Source of the DNA: a virus
IMG/VR virus record: IMGVR_UViG_3300010885_026736
Coordinates: 5,087 to 69,086 of that record
Direction: 5' to 3' (one strand)
DNA length: 64,000 bases
Part shown: positions 36,744 to 46,402 of the stretch, one piece after another
Layout: each line of letters starts with the position of its first letter
Numbering within the stretch: position 1 is the first letter of the stretch
The notes under the pieces: model-generated
Told to the model about the DNA's origin: nothing
Seen by the model: only the letters and a program-made list of their open reading frames with translations
Databases searched by the model: none
Made by a program: the position numbers and the translations under genes

Positions 36744-37191
36744 GATGCCCAACCCTCATAGCCATATTGTTATCTGTTTCACGTACTTCTACTTTGCAGC
36801 ACCACACTCGGTCGGACCAGCCGTAGTCCTTAAGAAAGCAATCATTCACATAAGTATATAGAAAATCCGCTAGACCTTCACACCCTGTTTTTTCTACCAG
36901 AGTAATTTTTGCTAGACCCATGTCTCCTAATAGCAACAGGTCTTCCTTGTGCGGATCATCTTCTGCAACTAGTAGTGTATGATCAAACCATTCTTCTAGA
37001 AGGCTCTTTAGTGGCTTTAGACCACCGAAGTCAACCACCCAGTTACGAGCATCAAGTGTATCAGACTCAAACTCAAAGTGAAATGATAGAGCATACCCAT
37101 GGATTAGATTGCAGTGACTGTCTGCTCGCCATTGACGATATGCAACAGGACCAATCTGCTTATAAGTTTTAGTTGAAATATATTTTGCCAT
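36733..37191 (-). CDS. queD: 6-carboxy-5,6,7,8-tetrahydropterin synthase
   Basis: SHCNLIHGY, WVVDFG, FDHT, E.ET..N. Confidence 0.92.
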   Translation of the reverse strand: MAKYISTKTYKQIGPVAYRQWRADSHCNLIHGYALSFHFEFESDTLDARNWVVDFGGLKPLKSLLEEWFDHTLLVAEDDPHKEDLLLLGDMGLAKITLVEKTGCEGLADFLYTYVNDCFLKDYGWSDRVWCCKVEVRETDNNMAMRVGHRED

Positions 37192-37193
37192 AA

Positions 37194-37652
37194 CTACTCC
37201 CAAGGAAATTGTACCCAACGCTTATCTTCATTACGATCAATAGTAACGCCGAAGTAATTAGCTTTTACAGGTTGAGATACATTATAAATTAAACATGCAG
37301 TCCTAATGTTGTCAGTATAAGGTAAAAAAGATAATTTGTCAAGTAGAATCTGCATAGTTTTACCAGAGTCTATAATATCATCTACGATAAGAACATTGCA
37401 ACCTGCTTTTACAATAGTTTCAAGCTTTGCAAAATTATTATCAATATCAACTATATTACCATCTCGAGTAGAGATATGAAGCATCAATGTAGGAACTTTC
37501 AATGCATGTGATAGGTATACTGCAGGAACACATCCACCTCTAACAAGTCCTACAATAATATCAGGAATCCATGTGTCTTCTTTCAGATCAATAGCAATCC
37601 TAAGAATGTCTGCTAAAAATTCTGAATGTTCATAATGTCTTAATTCACTCAT
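37194..37652 (-). CDS. purine phosphoribosyltransferase (Gpt-like)
   Basis: GLVRGG.VPA, VLIVDDIIDSGKT PRPP loop, WVQFPWE. Confidence 0.88.
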   Translation of the reverse strand: MSELRHYEHSEFLADILRIAIDLKEDTWIPDIIVGLVRGGCVPAVYLSHALKVPTLMLHISTRDGNIVDIDNNFAKLETIVKAGCNVLIVDDIIDSGKTMQILLDKLSFLPYTDNIRTACLIYNVSQPVKANYFGVTIDRNEDKRWVQFPWE

Positions 37653-38161
37653 GTTGAGGTTCTCTTTAAGAGGCGGTTATGCGCCTTAAGCATTCGCATT
37701 GCTTTTTCTTTATGAATAGGATTAGCTAAATCTAGATGACATAGACCATTAAGGTGATCTAGTTCATGTTGAAAACAACGAGCAGTTAATCCATCAAACT
37801 TCATTGTTTCAGTTACGCCATTAGGCATAGTGAAACGAACCTTGATGACACGTGGTCGCTTAATCTTTACAACAACACCTGGATAACTTAAACATCCTTC
37901 TTGCATTAGAACTTGTTCTTGAGAAAAGTCAACAATACGTGGATTGAAGCAGGCATACACCTGTTCACCTGTAAGCACAAAAACACGATAAGGAAGCCCA
38001 ACTTGATTTGCTGCAAGGCCAAGGCCATGATTTGCAATCATAGTTTCAGTCAAATCTTTTGATAGTTGAATAGGATCAATTGGTGGAGTCAAAAAATCAA
38101 AAGGTTGAGCAACTTGTTTTAGTGCAGGATGCTTGTCATCAACTAGATCTAGAATTGCCAT
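37649..38161 (-). CDS. def: peptide deformylase
   Basis: GLGLAANQ, EGCLS, QHELDH. Confidence 0.95.
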   Translation of the reverse strand: MAILDLVDDKHPALKQVAQPFDFLTPPIDPIQLSKDLTETMIANHGLGLAANQVGLPYRVFVLTGEQVYACFNPRIVDFSQEQVLMQEGCLSYPGVVVKIKRPRVIKVRFTMPNGVTETMKFDGLTARCFQHELDHLNGLCHLDLANPIHKEKAMRMLKAHNRLLKRTST

Positions 38162-38529
38162 TAGAAACTCTTTCCACCTTCTTTTTCTCTATTACTTAGC
38201 TGATGGTCAGCACGGGTACGATTGTAGTCATGCTTCTCAGCAATGGCACCTGCAATATCATAACCCTCACGTTCTGCTAAATCAAGGATACGAATGATGC
38301 AATCAGCTAGCTCAACCTCAGCCATCTTTCGATGGGTTAGATGATCATCCATCATGTTCTTACGAGCACCCTCTAGTGCTTCTGAAAGCTCAGAATGGCA
38401 AAGTGCAATCATGGTACCAAACTCACGAGGCTTATTATGCCAGCCCATATCCTTGGCTTGTTCATGCAGCTTTGATTGAATGTCTCTAAAACAAGTAATT
38501 TCAAGATGATCTAGTGAATATTCAGACAT
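38161..38529 (-). CDS. MazG-like NTP pyrophosphohydrolase
   Basis: IAL.HSELSEALE...EVELAD..IRILD; TTGATT/TATAAT promoter at about 38561-38590. Confidence 0.8.
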   Translation of the reverse strand: MSEYSLDHLEITCFRDIQSKLHEQAKDMGWHNKPREFGTMIALCHSELSEALEGARKNMMDDHLTHRKMAEVELADCIIRILDLAEREGYDIAGAIAEKHDYNRTRADHQLSNREKEGGKSF

Positions 38530-38609
38530 AGTGTTCCTTTCATAAATAGAATATATCTTCATTATAAGCGATGTGCAATTAAAAATCAACTGCTATTTTG
38601 GAGATTGTT

Positions 38610-38993
38610 ATGGCAGATAATAAGCCACCTTTAACCCTATCACAGAAGTTAGCAGATGGTGTAGCCTATGCTGTAGGTTCTTGGCGCTTTGTTATCATTC
38701 AATCAATGCTACTTATTGCTTGGATTGTAGCAAACATTTGTTTACCTAAAGCACTTAGATGGGATCCTTATCCCTTCATCCTTCTCAATCTATTCTTAAG
38801 TTTTCAAGCTGCTTATACGGCACCTATAATCATGATGAGTAGTAACCGCAGAGAAGAAATTGACAGAAGAAGAAGTATTGCAATTTATAATCTTGAAACA
38901 GAGGATCATATCATACTTGCAAAGATGTTAGATCATATTGATAAGCATTTTGATAACCTTCATACACGTATCAATAATCTAGAAAAACTTTAA
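38610..38993 (+). CDS. DUF1003 membrane protein
   Basis: GSW.F, DPYPFILLNL.LS.QAAY.APIIMMS.NR. Confidence 0.88.
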   Translation: MADNKPPLTLSQKLADGVAYAVGSWRFVIIQSMLLIAWIVANICLPKALRWDPYPFILLNLFLSFQAAYTAPIIMMSSNRREEIDRRRSIAIYNLETEDHIILAKMLDHIDKHFDNLHTRINNLEKL

Positions 38994-40708
38994 GAGTCTG
39001 ATCTAACACTAAAGTTCTTTTGTTTTTCAAACTTAATGATATTTGTAAACTTATCAATCAACTGGTCGCCCTTATGAGAGATGATGAATACATTTGTATC
39101 TGTTGTCAAGCTACTTAGGATCTTAAAGAACTCTTCTGTTCCTGATGAGTCTAGAGAACTATCAAATACTTCATCCATGATTAGAAGATTGGTGCTGGCA
39201 CTGTTACGTAACTTTGCAACGGCTCTCCACGTAAACAACAACGCAAGATCTATACGCATCTTCTCACCTTCACTGAATGAAGCATAAGAAAACTCATCTC
39301 TGAACCGTGACTTGATCTTCTCATTGAAGTTTTCGTCAAGTTCAAATTGAACAAAGAAATCCATTGCAGCAAGATACTTGTTAATTAGCTTGTTCATGAT
39401 AGGAACATACTGCTTGATGATCTTTGTCTTGATGCCGCCATCCTTAAGAAGAATTGCAGCTGTTCCAAGCAAGGTTCTATTGTTGATAATAGATTCTTTC
39501 AACAACAAAAGAGATTCTAATTCAATATTTGCTTTATTCAAATCTTGATTATCAGTATCTAGCTTCTTCTGTTGTGTCCTTAGACCTTCAATTTCTTTTT
39601 TAATATTAGTAATATACTTATCAATATTTCTAATATCTAACTCGTATACCGAGAGTTCTTGACTATGTAAATGATTGCTATCTCTGAGGTCAGATATCTC
39701 CACAACAGCCTTATACAGGTCTGTAATCTTTTCATTGATTTCCGCCAAGGCATTTTCTGTTTCTACTTTCTTTTCTCTATTTTGATCTTGAATGTCTGAA
39801 TGAAAGTTGTGATCTATGCCTTGCTTGCACATAGGGCAGCTAGTATTGTCATCATAAAATTTGATTTCGGCTTCAATCTTATTTAACTTTGCTTCAATTT
39901 GCTTACTTAGCTTTAACATTGCATCATGTTTTTGTGACTTGGGTAGTAGCTCATCAATAAGACCTAAGTTATGACGAAGTACACCCTGAACCTTATCGTA
40001 TTCAAGAGTCTTTTGAAGCATCAAATCATCTTGTTCTTCAATAATTTTTTCTTTAAGATTGATGATATCTTCTGTGTTTTGTCTTAATTGTTCTAGATGA
40101 TTCTTTCCAAGCTCGATTCTTTGTTCACATAGTGCAATATTACTAGCATTATCAGAAAGAGATTCTTTATTTTCTAAAATACGATTCTTAAGAATTGTAT
40201 TCATTGTAGAGAAGATTTGAATATCTAGTAGGTCCTCAATAAATTCTCTACGCATTTGAGCAGGCAGTTGCATGAACGGAATAAATGTTGATGCACCTAA
40301 AGTTATAATCTGTGAGAAAGACTTGTGTGTCAAACGCAAGATGTTCTTTTCTAGAATCTCTTGATAGTCTCTTACTGCTGCATCTTGATTAAGCAACTGC
40401 CCGTCTACAACAATTTCAAATACAGTAGGCTTAAGCCCTCTACGAACTAGATATTCTTTATTTCCAATACTAAACTCAATCTCCACCACACAGTTCTTGT
40501 TGTTGATTGAGTTGATTAGTTGTGGCTTATTGATTTTACGAAAAGGTTTACCATACAAAGCAAAGGAAATAGCTTCAATGAAGGTTGACTTACCTGCACC
40601 ATTCTCTCCAATTATAAGAGTTGCTTGGGCTTCATCTAGTTTTACTTCAGTGAATGTATTACCTGTACTAAGTAGATTTTTCCATCTAACTACTTTAAAA
40701 ATAATCAA
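38990..40708 (-). CDS. 46: SbcC/Rad50-like recombination endonuclease subunit gp46
   Basis: GENGAGKST, CPMC hook, FSEGEKMRID, LIMDEVFDSSLD. Confidence 0.97.
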   Translation of the reverse strand: MIIFKVVRWKNLLSTGNTFTEVKLDEAQATLIIGENGAGKSTFIEAISFALYGKPFRKINKPQLINSINNKNCVVEIEFSIGNKEYLVRRGLKPTVFEIVVDGQLLNQDAAVRDYQEILEKNILRLTHKSFSQIITLGASTFIPFMQLPAQMRREFIEDLLDIQIFSTMNTILKNRILENKESLSDNASNIALCEQRIELGKNHLEQLRQNTEDIINLKEKIIEEQDDLMLQKTLEYDKVQGVLRHNLGLIDELLPKSQKHDAMLKLSKQIEAKLNKIEAEIKFYDDNTSCPMCKQGIDHNFHSDIQDQNREKKVETENALAEINEKITDLYKAVVEISDLRDSNHLHSQELSVYELDIRNIDKYITNIKKEIEGLRTQQKKLDTDNQDLNKANIELESLLLLKESIINNRTLLGTAAILLKDGGIKTKIIKQYVPIMNKLINKYLAAMDFFVQFELDENFNEKIKSRFRDEFSYASFSEGEKMRIDLALLFTWRAVAKLRNSASTNLLIMDEVFDSSLDSSGTEEFFKILSSLTTDTNVFIISHKGDQLIDKFTNIIKFEKQKNFSVRSDS

Positions 40709-40711
40709 GGT

Positions 40712-41776
40712 TTACTCCACATGCATCGCTTCTTCATAGAGTGATCTTAACAGTCCATCAAGTGCGGGTTTATCAGTTTCTAGTTCTAGATTCTCAACAT
40801 ACTTTTTTAGAATTGTAATTGTATCTTCAGCTTCATCAACAAGGTCTTCATCTGTTTCAATATTCAAGTTCAAATTATCATCTACTACTTGAATGTTCAC
40901 AGCTTCTGCCTTTTCTAAAGCTTCAATATACAGATCAAACCAATAAGGATTTGATTTATTCTTAACAACAACTTTTACATAAGTACCTTTGTACTGTTCA
41001 AAATTGTGATGAAGTAACTCTTTCAAAGTTGTTTTAGAATCATCATAAAAGATCTTGTAGAATATTCTATATGGGTTCTCAATAAATGTCAACTCTCTAG
41101 TTGCAAGATCTAAGATATGGAATCCCTTAGGGTCATTATAGTCTGACCAGGTCATCTCATACGGAACACCTAGGTACGTGACATTACCTTTAGTTGATCT
41201 GTGATGATAATGACCTGTCAGAACCATATCAAACTTATTGAATAGTGCAGAATCCATACCATCATTATGCACAGCACCCTTATACATTTCAAACCCGCTA
41301 AGTTCTAAATGACCTAATAAAACTTGTGACTTAGAGGATTTCATGTATTCAAATGTTTCTACAATATTATCATCACAGATCCAAGGTAGCATTCCGACAC
41401 TATACTTGTGTGTGAACTTATAGTCACGTGGTTGATCAATCACTTCAATGTTTTTATATTCATTAAGAAGAAGTTGTAATGAATTGACCTTTAAAGTATT
41501 CTTGTAAAAGATATCATGATTGCCTGGAAACACAATCATGGTAAGATCAAGAGCCTTCAAACGATCAAAAAAATACTCACGACACAAGTATAGTGTGTTG
41601 AAGTTGATGTATTTTCTACGATCAAACAAGTCACCTACTTGAACGAATGTCTTAATATCATTCTCAATTAGATATGGAAAGAATATCTCTTCATAAAACT
41701 TCTTAAAGTATGCATGAAAGACCAAGCTATCATTACGAGCACCAAAATGAGTATCACCTAGAATGGCAACTTTCAT
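40712..41776 (-). CDS. 47: SbcD/Mre11-like recombination endonuclease subunit gp47
   Basis: GDTHFG, GDLFDRR, GNHD, GHYH. Confidence 0.97.
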   Translation of the reverse strand: MKVAILGDTHFGARNDSLVFHAYFKKFYEEIFFPYLIENDIKTFVQVGDLFDRRKYINFNTLYLCREYFFDRLKALDLTMIVFPGNHDIFYKNTLKVNSLQLLLNEYKNIEVIDQPRDYKFTHKYSVGMLPWICDDNIVETFEYMKSSKSQVLLGHLELSGFEMYKGAVHNDGMDSALFNKFDMVLTGHYHHRSTKGNVTYLGVPYEMTWSDYNDPKGFHILDLATRELTFIENPYRIFYKIFYDDSKTTLKELLHHNFEQYKGTYVKVVVKNKSNPYWFDLYIEALEKAEAVNIQVVDDNLNLNIETDEDLVDEAEDTITILKKYVENLELETDKPALDGLLRSLYEEAMHVE

Positions 41777-41967
41777 TAAGCACTCTTCTTACTAGAATCA
41801 TGTGTACGTTGCTTATCATATTCACCTAGTGCAATATCACAGTATGTCTTGATGGCAAGAAGTGTACGCTTATAATTCTCTCTGATATGTGGCTTATTGT
41901 TATGATCAAATAAGTTACGAGCCACATCTGTTACAATGGCTGGAACATTTTCTACAGTCTGTTTCAT
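41776..41967 (-). CDS. conserved small protein between g55 and g47
   Basis: GGAG SD; synteny. Confidence 0.6.
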   Translation of the reverse strand: MKQTVENVPAIVTDVARNLFDHNNKPHIRENYKRTLLAIKTYCDIALGEYDKQRTHDSSKKSA

Positions 41968-41968
41968 T

Positions 41969-42502
41969 TCATTCTCCTTCAATAAATGCTTCAAGACCCT
42001 TCTTCTTAGGAGCTTTCTTTTCTTCTAGCTTCTTTTCATAGTCATTCACAAAAGCATTCATATTATCATTAATATTCATTTCAGTAGAATTTTTGCTATC
42101 TACATCATTCAAGTCAGCAACACCGCCAATAAGGACTGCGTTCTCATATGCTTTATACTTGATGTAGGTTTGCTTTTTCTCCTTCTGGATCCTATGTACA
42201 TATGCATTATACAGTATTCTCGTAAAATATGCAAACGGATTATTTGACTTATCTGGATTAAAATTGTGCATGTAGTTGATGCAGTTCTCAATTCCATCAC
42301 TAATCATTTCTTCTCTGAAAGAATAATTGACAAAGTTTCCTTTAGTAGAAAGTTTTGTTGCTATTTTATAAATGCATACACCAATGTATTCTGGGATACG
42401 TGGGATTTCTTTACCTTCAGCTTCTGCTTCTTTACATTTAGTTTTGTATGCAACTAGTGCTGCGTAAAAAGATTTATTGTCAACATAATGTACTTTTGCC
42501 AT
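41969..42502 (-). CDS. 55: late-transcription sigma factor gp55
   Basis: HYVDN, YIG.C..KIA, NF.NY..REEMISDGIENC, NPFAYFT. Confidence 0.97.
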   Translation of the reverse strand: MAKVHYVDNKSFYAALVAYKTKCKEAEAEGKEIPRIPEYIGVCIYKIATKLSTKGNFVNYSFREEMISDGIENCINYMHNFNPDKSNNPFAYFTRILYNAYVHRIQKEKKQTYIKYKAYENAVLIGGVADLNDVDSKNSTEMNINDNMNAFVNDYEKKLEEKKAPKKKGLEAFIEGE

Positions 42503-42520
42503 TTTTATTCCTTTTATGGG

Positions 42521-42548
42521 TTGACAGATTTGTCAGACCGTGTATAAT
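42521..42548 (+). promoter_or_regulatory. antisense sigma70-type promoter just upstream of g55
   Basis: TTGACA-16 nt-TATAAT containing the palindrome TGACA-GATT-TGTCA. Confidence 0.55.
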
Positions 42549-42563
42549 CAACTGTGTTGTATA

Positions 42564-42938
42564 TCAATTAATACTAGTATTAGCAGTAGGTTCAAACGCT
42601 TGAAGCATCTCTAGATCCGAATAGGCATCGCTAAAGTTAGTAGATTCATCAGCTTCTTTCGTTTGTTTACGCTTTACATACTTTTCATAATAAGTAATAA
42701 AATCTTCATCAACGTTTGACTTAAGTATTACATGTCTTTTATGAATAGTAGAAATTGTTTCACCTGTATAGAATGGATTTAAAGAAGAAAGATAAATTTG
42801 TGTTCTAGAGTTATGCACATCATATGTGTAGTTAATGACCATAGGATAATCTAAAGTATATGAATCTTCACTTTCAGTGTCAAATCTTCCTACAACAATT
42901 TCTGAAGTAACTAACTTCAACATGATGTGTGTATCCAT
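42564..42938 (-). CDS. conserved hypothetical protein between uvsW and g55
   Basis: LKLVT.E.VVG Sm-like start; synteny. Confidence 0.7.
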   Translation of the reverse strand: MDTHIMLKLVTSEIVVGRFDTESEDSYTLDYPMVINYTYDVHNSRTQIYLSSLNPFYTGETISTIHKRHVILKSNVDEDFITYYEKYVKRKQTKEADESTNFSDAYSDLEMLQAFEPTANTSIN

Positions 42939-42942
42939 TGAC

Positions 42943-44394
42943 TTATCCTTTGATCTCAATATTGTAGACACGATACTCAAAATTTTCTTCAGCATAGATT
43001 TTCATTCTTTCTTTGAAATGCTCAAGAGTGTAGTTCGTTTTGTTTTTCCAAGACAAGTCATCTGCAATGTCATATAGCGTCACTGCTTCTTTTGTTTCAG
43101 ATTTACGTAACCCACGACCAATTGATTGAAGCGTTTTGATTTTTGACTTACTAGGTGAAGAAAAAATGATGTTATGTAAGTTACGAATATTTACTCCTGT
43201 TGAGAATGTACCTGACGATGCTATGATGATTGCATCTTTTTCTTTCTCAACTAACTTACGAATACCTTCTCTAGTTTCTCCATCTACTCCTCCATGAATA
43301 AAGAATACTTGACGATCTGGTACAGAAGCTTTGATGTCTTCGTATAGATCTTTTCCGTGTTTCTCTACATACTGGAATAGTATAAGTATATTACCTTTTA
43401 TGGATAATGTCAAGTTTTTTATGAATTTATTTCGTCCTTGATGACCTACTATAAAGTCAATCTCTTGCCTATAATCGTTCTTAGTATTCTGTTTTCGCAC
43501 ATCATCTTGATACTTGAGCATCAGGATCTTGATCTTCAGATCAGCTAGATGCTTCTTCTCAATGAGGTCAGCAGTTGATGCCACTCGCTTGACAGAACCA
43601 AATAGACCTTCTAACACCAGCTTGTTTGTTTCAGAGCCATCTAAGGTTCCAGTGAACCCAAATCTATACTTGCAGTTGGTTAATTTTTCCATGATAGAAG
43701 AAAGTGACTTAGCCTTGAATAGGTGACACTCGTCTCCGATCACTACGTCAAATTGTTGGAAATATTCTTTAGGAAGTTTGTATATGGATTGCCATGTTGA
43801 GATTGTGATTTGTTCAGGTGTATGTTTATCCACTCCCGAAGTAATCTTGTGGATTCGGCTAGGATCACTAAAGCCATAATCGGCAAAATCAGAAGCCAAT
43901 TGACTAACAAGAGAAATAGTTGGAACAATAATAAGAGTGCGAGCATTATAATACCTCGTTAGTAGATAGATGATAAGAGACTTACCGGATGCTGTAGGAG
44001 AGAGCAGCAGCGCTCGGTCTTTACGAACGCCATGGGCAAAGGCTTCAAGCTGATAATCCCTAGCGTCAAAGGGCAATCTGAGGTCCTTGCTGAACTCTCT
44101 GGCTTCATGAATTGAGAATTCCGTATCATGAAATTCAGAAAGAAATTCTATTTCATAGTTTCTTGTTCTTGCAAAAGAAAGAATATTATAAAAGAGTCCT
44201 GCGTATATCAATCTAGTCATGACATTGAACAGACGTATCTTTCCATCCCAGACTTTGTTTCTGTATAGAGGATGAAATTTTGCATTAGGAACCATGAATG
44301 TAAAGTGATCAGAAAGTTCCATAGCAAGAGATGCTTCGCAGTCTATACGAAGATACACTTCATTTACTTTTGTTATCTTAATAACATCACTCAT
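42943..44394 (-). CDS. uvsW: SF2 DNA helicase UvsW
   Basis: WDGKIRLF, SPTASGKS, GDECH, FTGT, QSIGR.LR. Confidence 0.97.
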   Translation of the reverse strand: MSDVIKITKVNEVYLRIDCEASLAMELSDHFTFMVPNAKFHPLYRNKVWDGKIRLFNVMTRLIYAGLFYNILSFARTRNYEIEFLSEFHDTEFSIHEAREFSKDLRLPFDARDYQLEAFAHGVRKDRALLLSPTASGKSLIIYLLTRYYNARTLIIVPTISLVSQLASDFADYGFSDPSRIHKITSGVDKHTPEQITISTWQSIYKLPKEYFQQFDVVIGDECHLFKAKSLSSIMEKLTNCKYRFGFTGTLDGSETNKLVLEGLFGSVKRVASTADLIEKKHLADLKIKILMLKYQDDVRKQNTKNDYRQEIDFIVGHQGRNKFIKNLTLSIKGNILILFQYVEKHGKDLYEDIKASVPDRQVFFIHGGVDGETREGIRKLVEKEKDAIIIASSGTFSTGVNIRNLHNIIFSSPSKSKIKTLQSIGRGLRKSETKEAVTLYDIADDLSWKNKTNYTLEHFKERMKIYAEENFEYRVYNIEIKG

Positions 44395-44828
44395 ACTGCA
44401 CCATTTGTAAATCTTTGCCAATCAATAAAATTCTTGACAATGTATCCACGCTCACTAATATTTTTAATGATTGACTCTAGCAAGTTGATCTTTTCTTTTT
44501 GATAAGCAATCTTAAGTGTAAGATTAATAATGTCCTGGTCTGCATCAATATGCATAGGAATATCTGACTTCAGTATGCTACGACGATTAGGTATCCACCC
44601 ACGTTCATCTAGAGTTTCTTTATCTAAAGTTCCTAGGTAGTAATCAAATTTCAGTAGATAGAGCTGCTTATAATCTGCTTCTAATTTTCTTAGTGAAAGT
44701 CTTTCATTTGAAAAGACCTTGTAATATTTGTGATGGAGTTGAGGAATCTTCACGGCCTCTTGATCAATTGCAGCCGTATTCATCTCTGAGTCCTGAGCCC
44801 AGAGGTCATATATTTCATCTAATTTCAT
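44391..44828 (-). CDS. uvsY: recombination mediator UvsY
   Basis: W..DS, KIP.LH.KY, I..R.Y.VKN.IDW..F. Confidence 0.92.
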   Translation of the reverse strand: MKLDEIYDLWAQDSEMNTAAIDQEAVKIPQLHHKYYKVFSNERLSLRKLEADYKQLYLLKFDYYLGTLDKETLDERGWIPNRRSILKSDIPMHIDADQDIINLTLKIAYQKEKINLLESIIKNISERGYIVKNFIDWQRFTNGAV

Positions 44829-44842
44829 GATATACCTTTAAG

Positions 44843-45367
44843 TTAAACTACTCTTGTATATGTATACTGCCTGTATTTGAAGGTAGCAGTAGCTGTAATG
44901 TAGTTCACATCACCTTCTTTACTATCAAACTTGAAACCAGTAAGAGAAACTGGAACCACATCATTGAAGGTTACTTTGATAATAGGGTTCATGGTTCCGT
45001 TTAAGATTAAAAGGTCGGCATCTACAATTGTGCCAAGACCTGATGTCTTTGACTTTGCATCAATAGCTGCATATTGATCAAAGGATTCTGGGAAGCCTAG
45101 CCCTACCATCCAATCAACTAGCTCAAAGTAACCAAACATATTTTCATCAATTTTGAAAGTAACAGAAAAGTCGCTGAAGGTTAGGTGGTCACCTGGTATC
45201 ATTATCTTATTGAAGGGAGTCTGAAGGTCGCCAGTCCTGTTCAAGGTAAGCTCTGGGAAGTCAACGCTCTGAACGAAATATTCTAGATTTGGTAGCTTGT
45301 TGATGACAAACTTGTAGCCTAATGGGGACAAGAAATTAATGTCGGTTGGCTGACCTATGATGGACAT
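44843..45367 (-). CDS. 3: tail completion / tube terminator gp3-like
   Basis: NFLSP.G.KF, PGD.L.F..F.V.F.IDE, F....P.SL; late promoter at 45390-45397. Confidence 0.85.
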   Translation of the reverse strand: MSIIGQPTDINFLSPLGYKFVINKLPNLEYFVQSVDFPELTLNRTGDLQTPFNKIMIPGDHLTFSDFSVTFKIDENMFGYFELVDWMVGLGFPESFDQYAAIDAKSKTSGLGTIVDADLLILNGTMNPIIKVTFNDVVPVSLTGFKFDSKEGDVNYITATATFKYRQYTYTRVV

Positions 45368-45407
45368 AAAAAATTCTCCAGATTTCTATTATTTATATGA
45401 AAAAAAT

Positions 45408-45469
45408 GGTTGTGTTTTAATCCAGTTATGCTATTATTAATTATGGAAATGAAACAGGAAATGGCAATG
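45408..45469 (+). promoter_or_regulatory. early promoter/RBS cassette copy
   Basis: TTGTGT-TTTAATCCAGTTA-TGCTATTAT-TAATT-ATGGAAATGAAACAGGAAATGGCAATG. Confidence 0.8.
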
Positions 45470-45814
45470 ACGAAGTTCACGAAAGAAACGATCCTTGACT
45501 CGAGTGGCTGGCTGACCTATGCTCCGCAAGGAGTTGGCACTCATTGGAAGGAATGCAAATTCATTGCGAACTTCGCTAAGCGTGGTGGTGGAAAAGCTTC
45601 CTTCATCACGTTCCTGATCAAGAACTTCACTGTTGAAGAATACTTCGCTGGGATCGAAGCGGGTAAAGCTCCGCTTAAGATCGTTGAGGAGAAGGGTTAT
45701 CTTCTGCCGCACATCAAGAAGTGGCTGAAGGAAGAAGGTTACCCCGTCAGCCGTGCTGGTTACGAGCAGTATGTTGCTGACCGTGTTTCCTCTTACAAAA
45801 AGAAGGTTGCTTAA
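45467..45814 (+). CDS. early hypothetical protein
   Basis: Follows a cassette; F.TFLIKNFTVEEYF...PL.I.E.KGY motif. Confidence 0.7.
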   Translation: MTKFTKETILDSSGWLTYAPQGVGTHWKECKFIANFAKRGGGKASFITFLIKNFTVEEYFAGIEAGKAPLKIVEEKGYLLPHIKKWLKEEGYPVSRAGYEQYVADRVSSYKKKVA

Positions 45815-45816
45815 TC

Positions 45817-46053
45817 ATGGAAATGTTAACCGCTACCACATACACCACTAAAGAGGAAAAGATGACTGAGTTTGAAACTATGAATGAGTTTACGAAGCAG
45901 CTTGAAAAATTCTGCTTCGGCACACAGACTGGTTATAAGACTGCGTACAGAGCAGGCTACTACGAAACTTTCATTGCTCACATGATGCAAACCCTTCCCG
46001 GAGCACGTGAGTACGTTGAAGAGCGGCTGGCTTACATCAAAGGGGAAAATTAA
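45817..46053 (+). CDS. early hypothetical protein
   Basis: GAGGA SD before an internal ATG; YRAGYYE motif. Confidence 0.55.
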   Translation: MEMLTATTYTTKEEKMTEFETMNEFTKQLEKFCFGTQTGYKTAYRAGYYETFIAHMMQTLPGAREYVEERLAYIKGEN

Positions 46054-46054
46054 T

Positions 46055-46402
46055 ATGGGTACCAACTACTTCATTCACGAAACCAAGTGTAGTCATTGTG
46101 GTCACCAGCCTGAACTGGTTCACATTGGCAAGTCTAGTTCTGGTTGGAAGTTTGTCTTTCATGCTACTGACTTTTGCAAATCTCAGGGTGACTGGGAAGC
46201 TTGGCTGCTGAACTGCGCTATCATTGACGAGTATGGTCGGTTTCATACCCATCAAGAATTCTTTGATATGGTAGAACAGAAACAAGGTGGTCTCGACCAC
46301 ACGACTGCTCCTGATGATATCTGGGGTCCTTGGATTAGAGAAGATGGAATTCACTATCTGGATCCTGATGGATATTATTTTTGTCGGGGAGAATTTTGTT
46401 AA
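46055..46402 (+). CDS. conserved phage protein with CxxC
   Basis: MGTNY...CSHCG...HIGKSS.GW.F motif. Confidence 0.7.
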   Translation: MGTNYFIHETKCSHCGHQPELVHIGKSSSGWKFVFHATDFCKSQGDWEAWLLNCAIIDEYGRFHTHQEFFDMVEQKQGGLDHTTAPDDIWGPWIREDGIHYLDPDGYYFCRGEFC

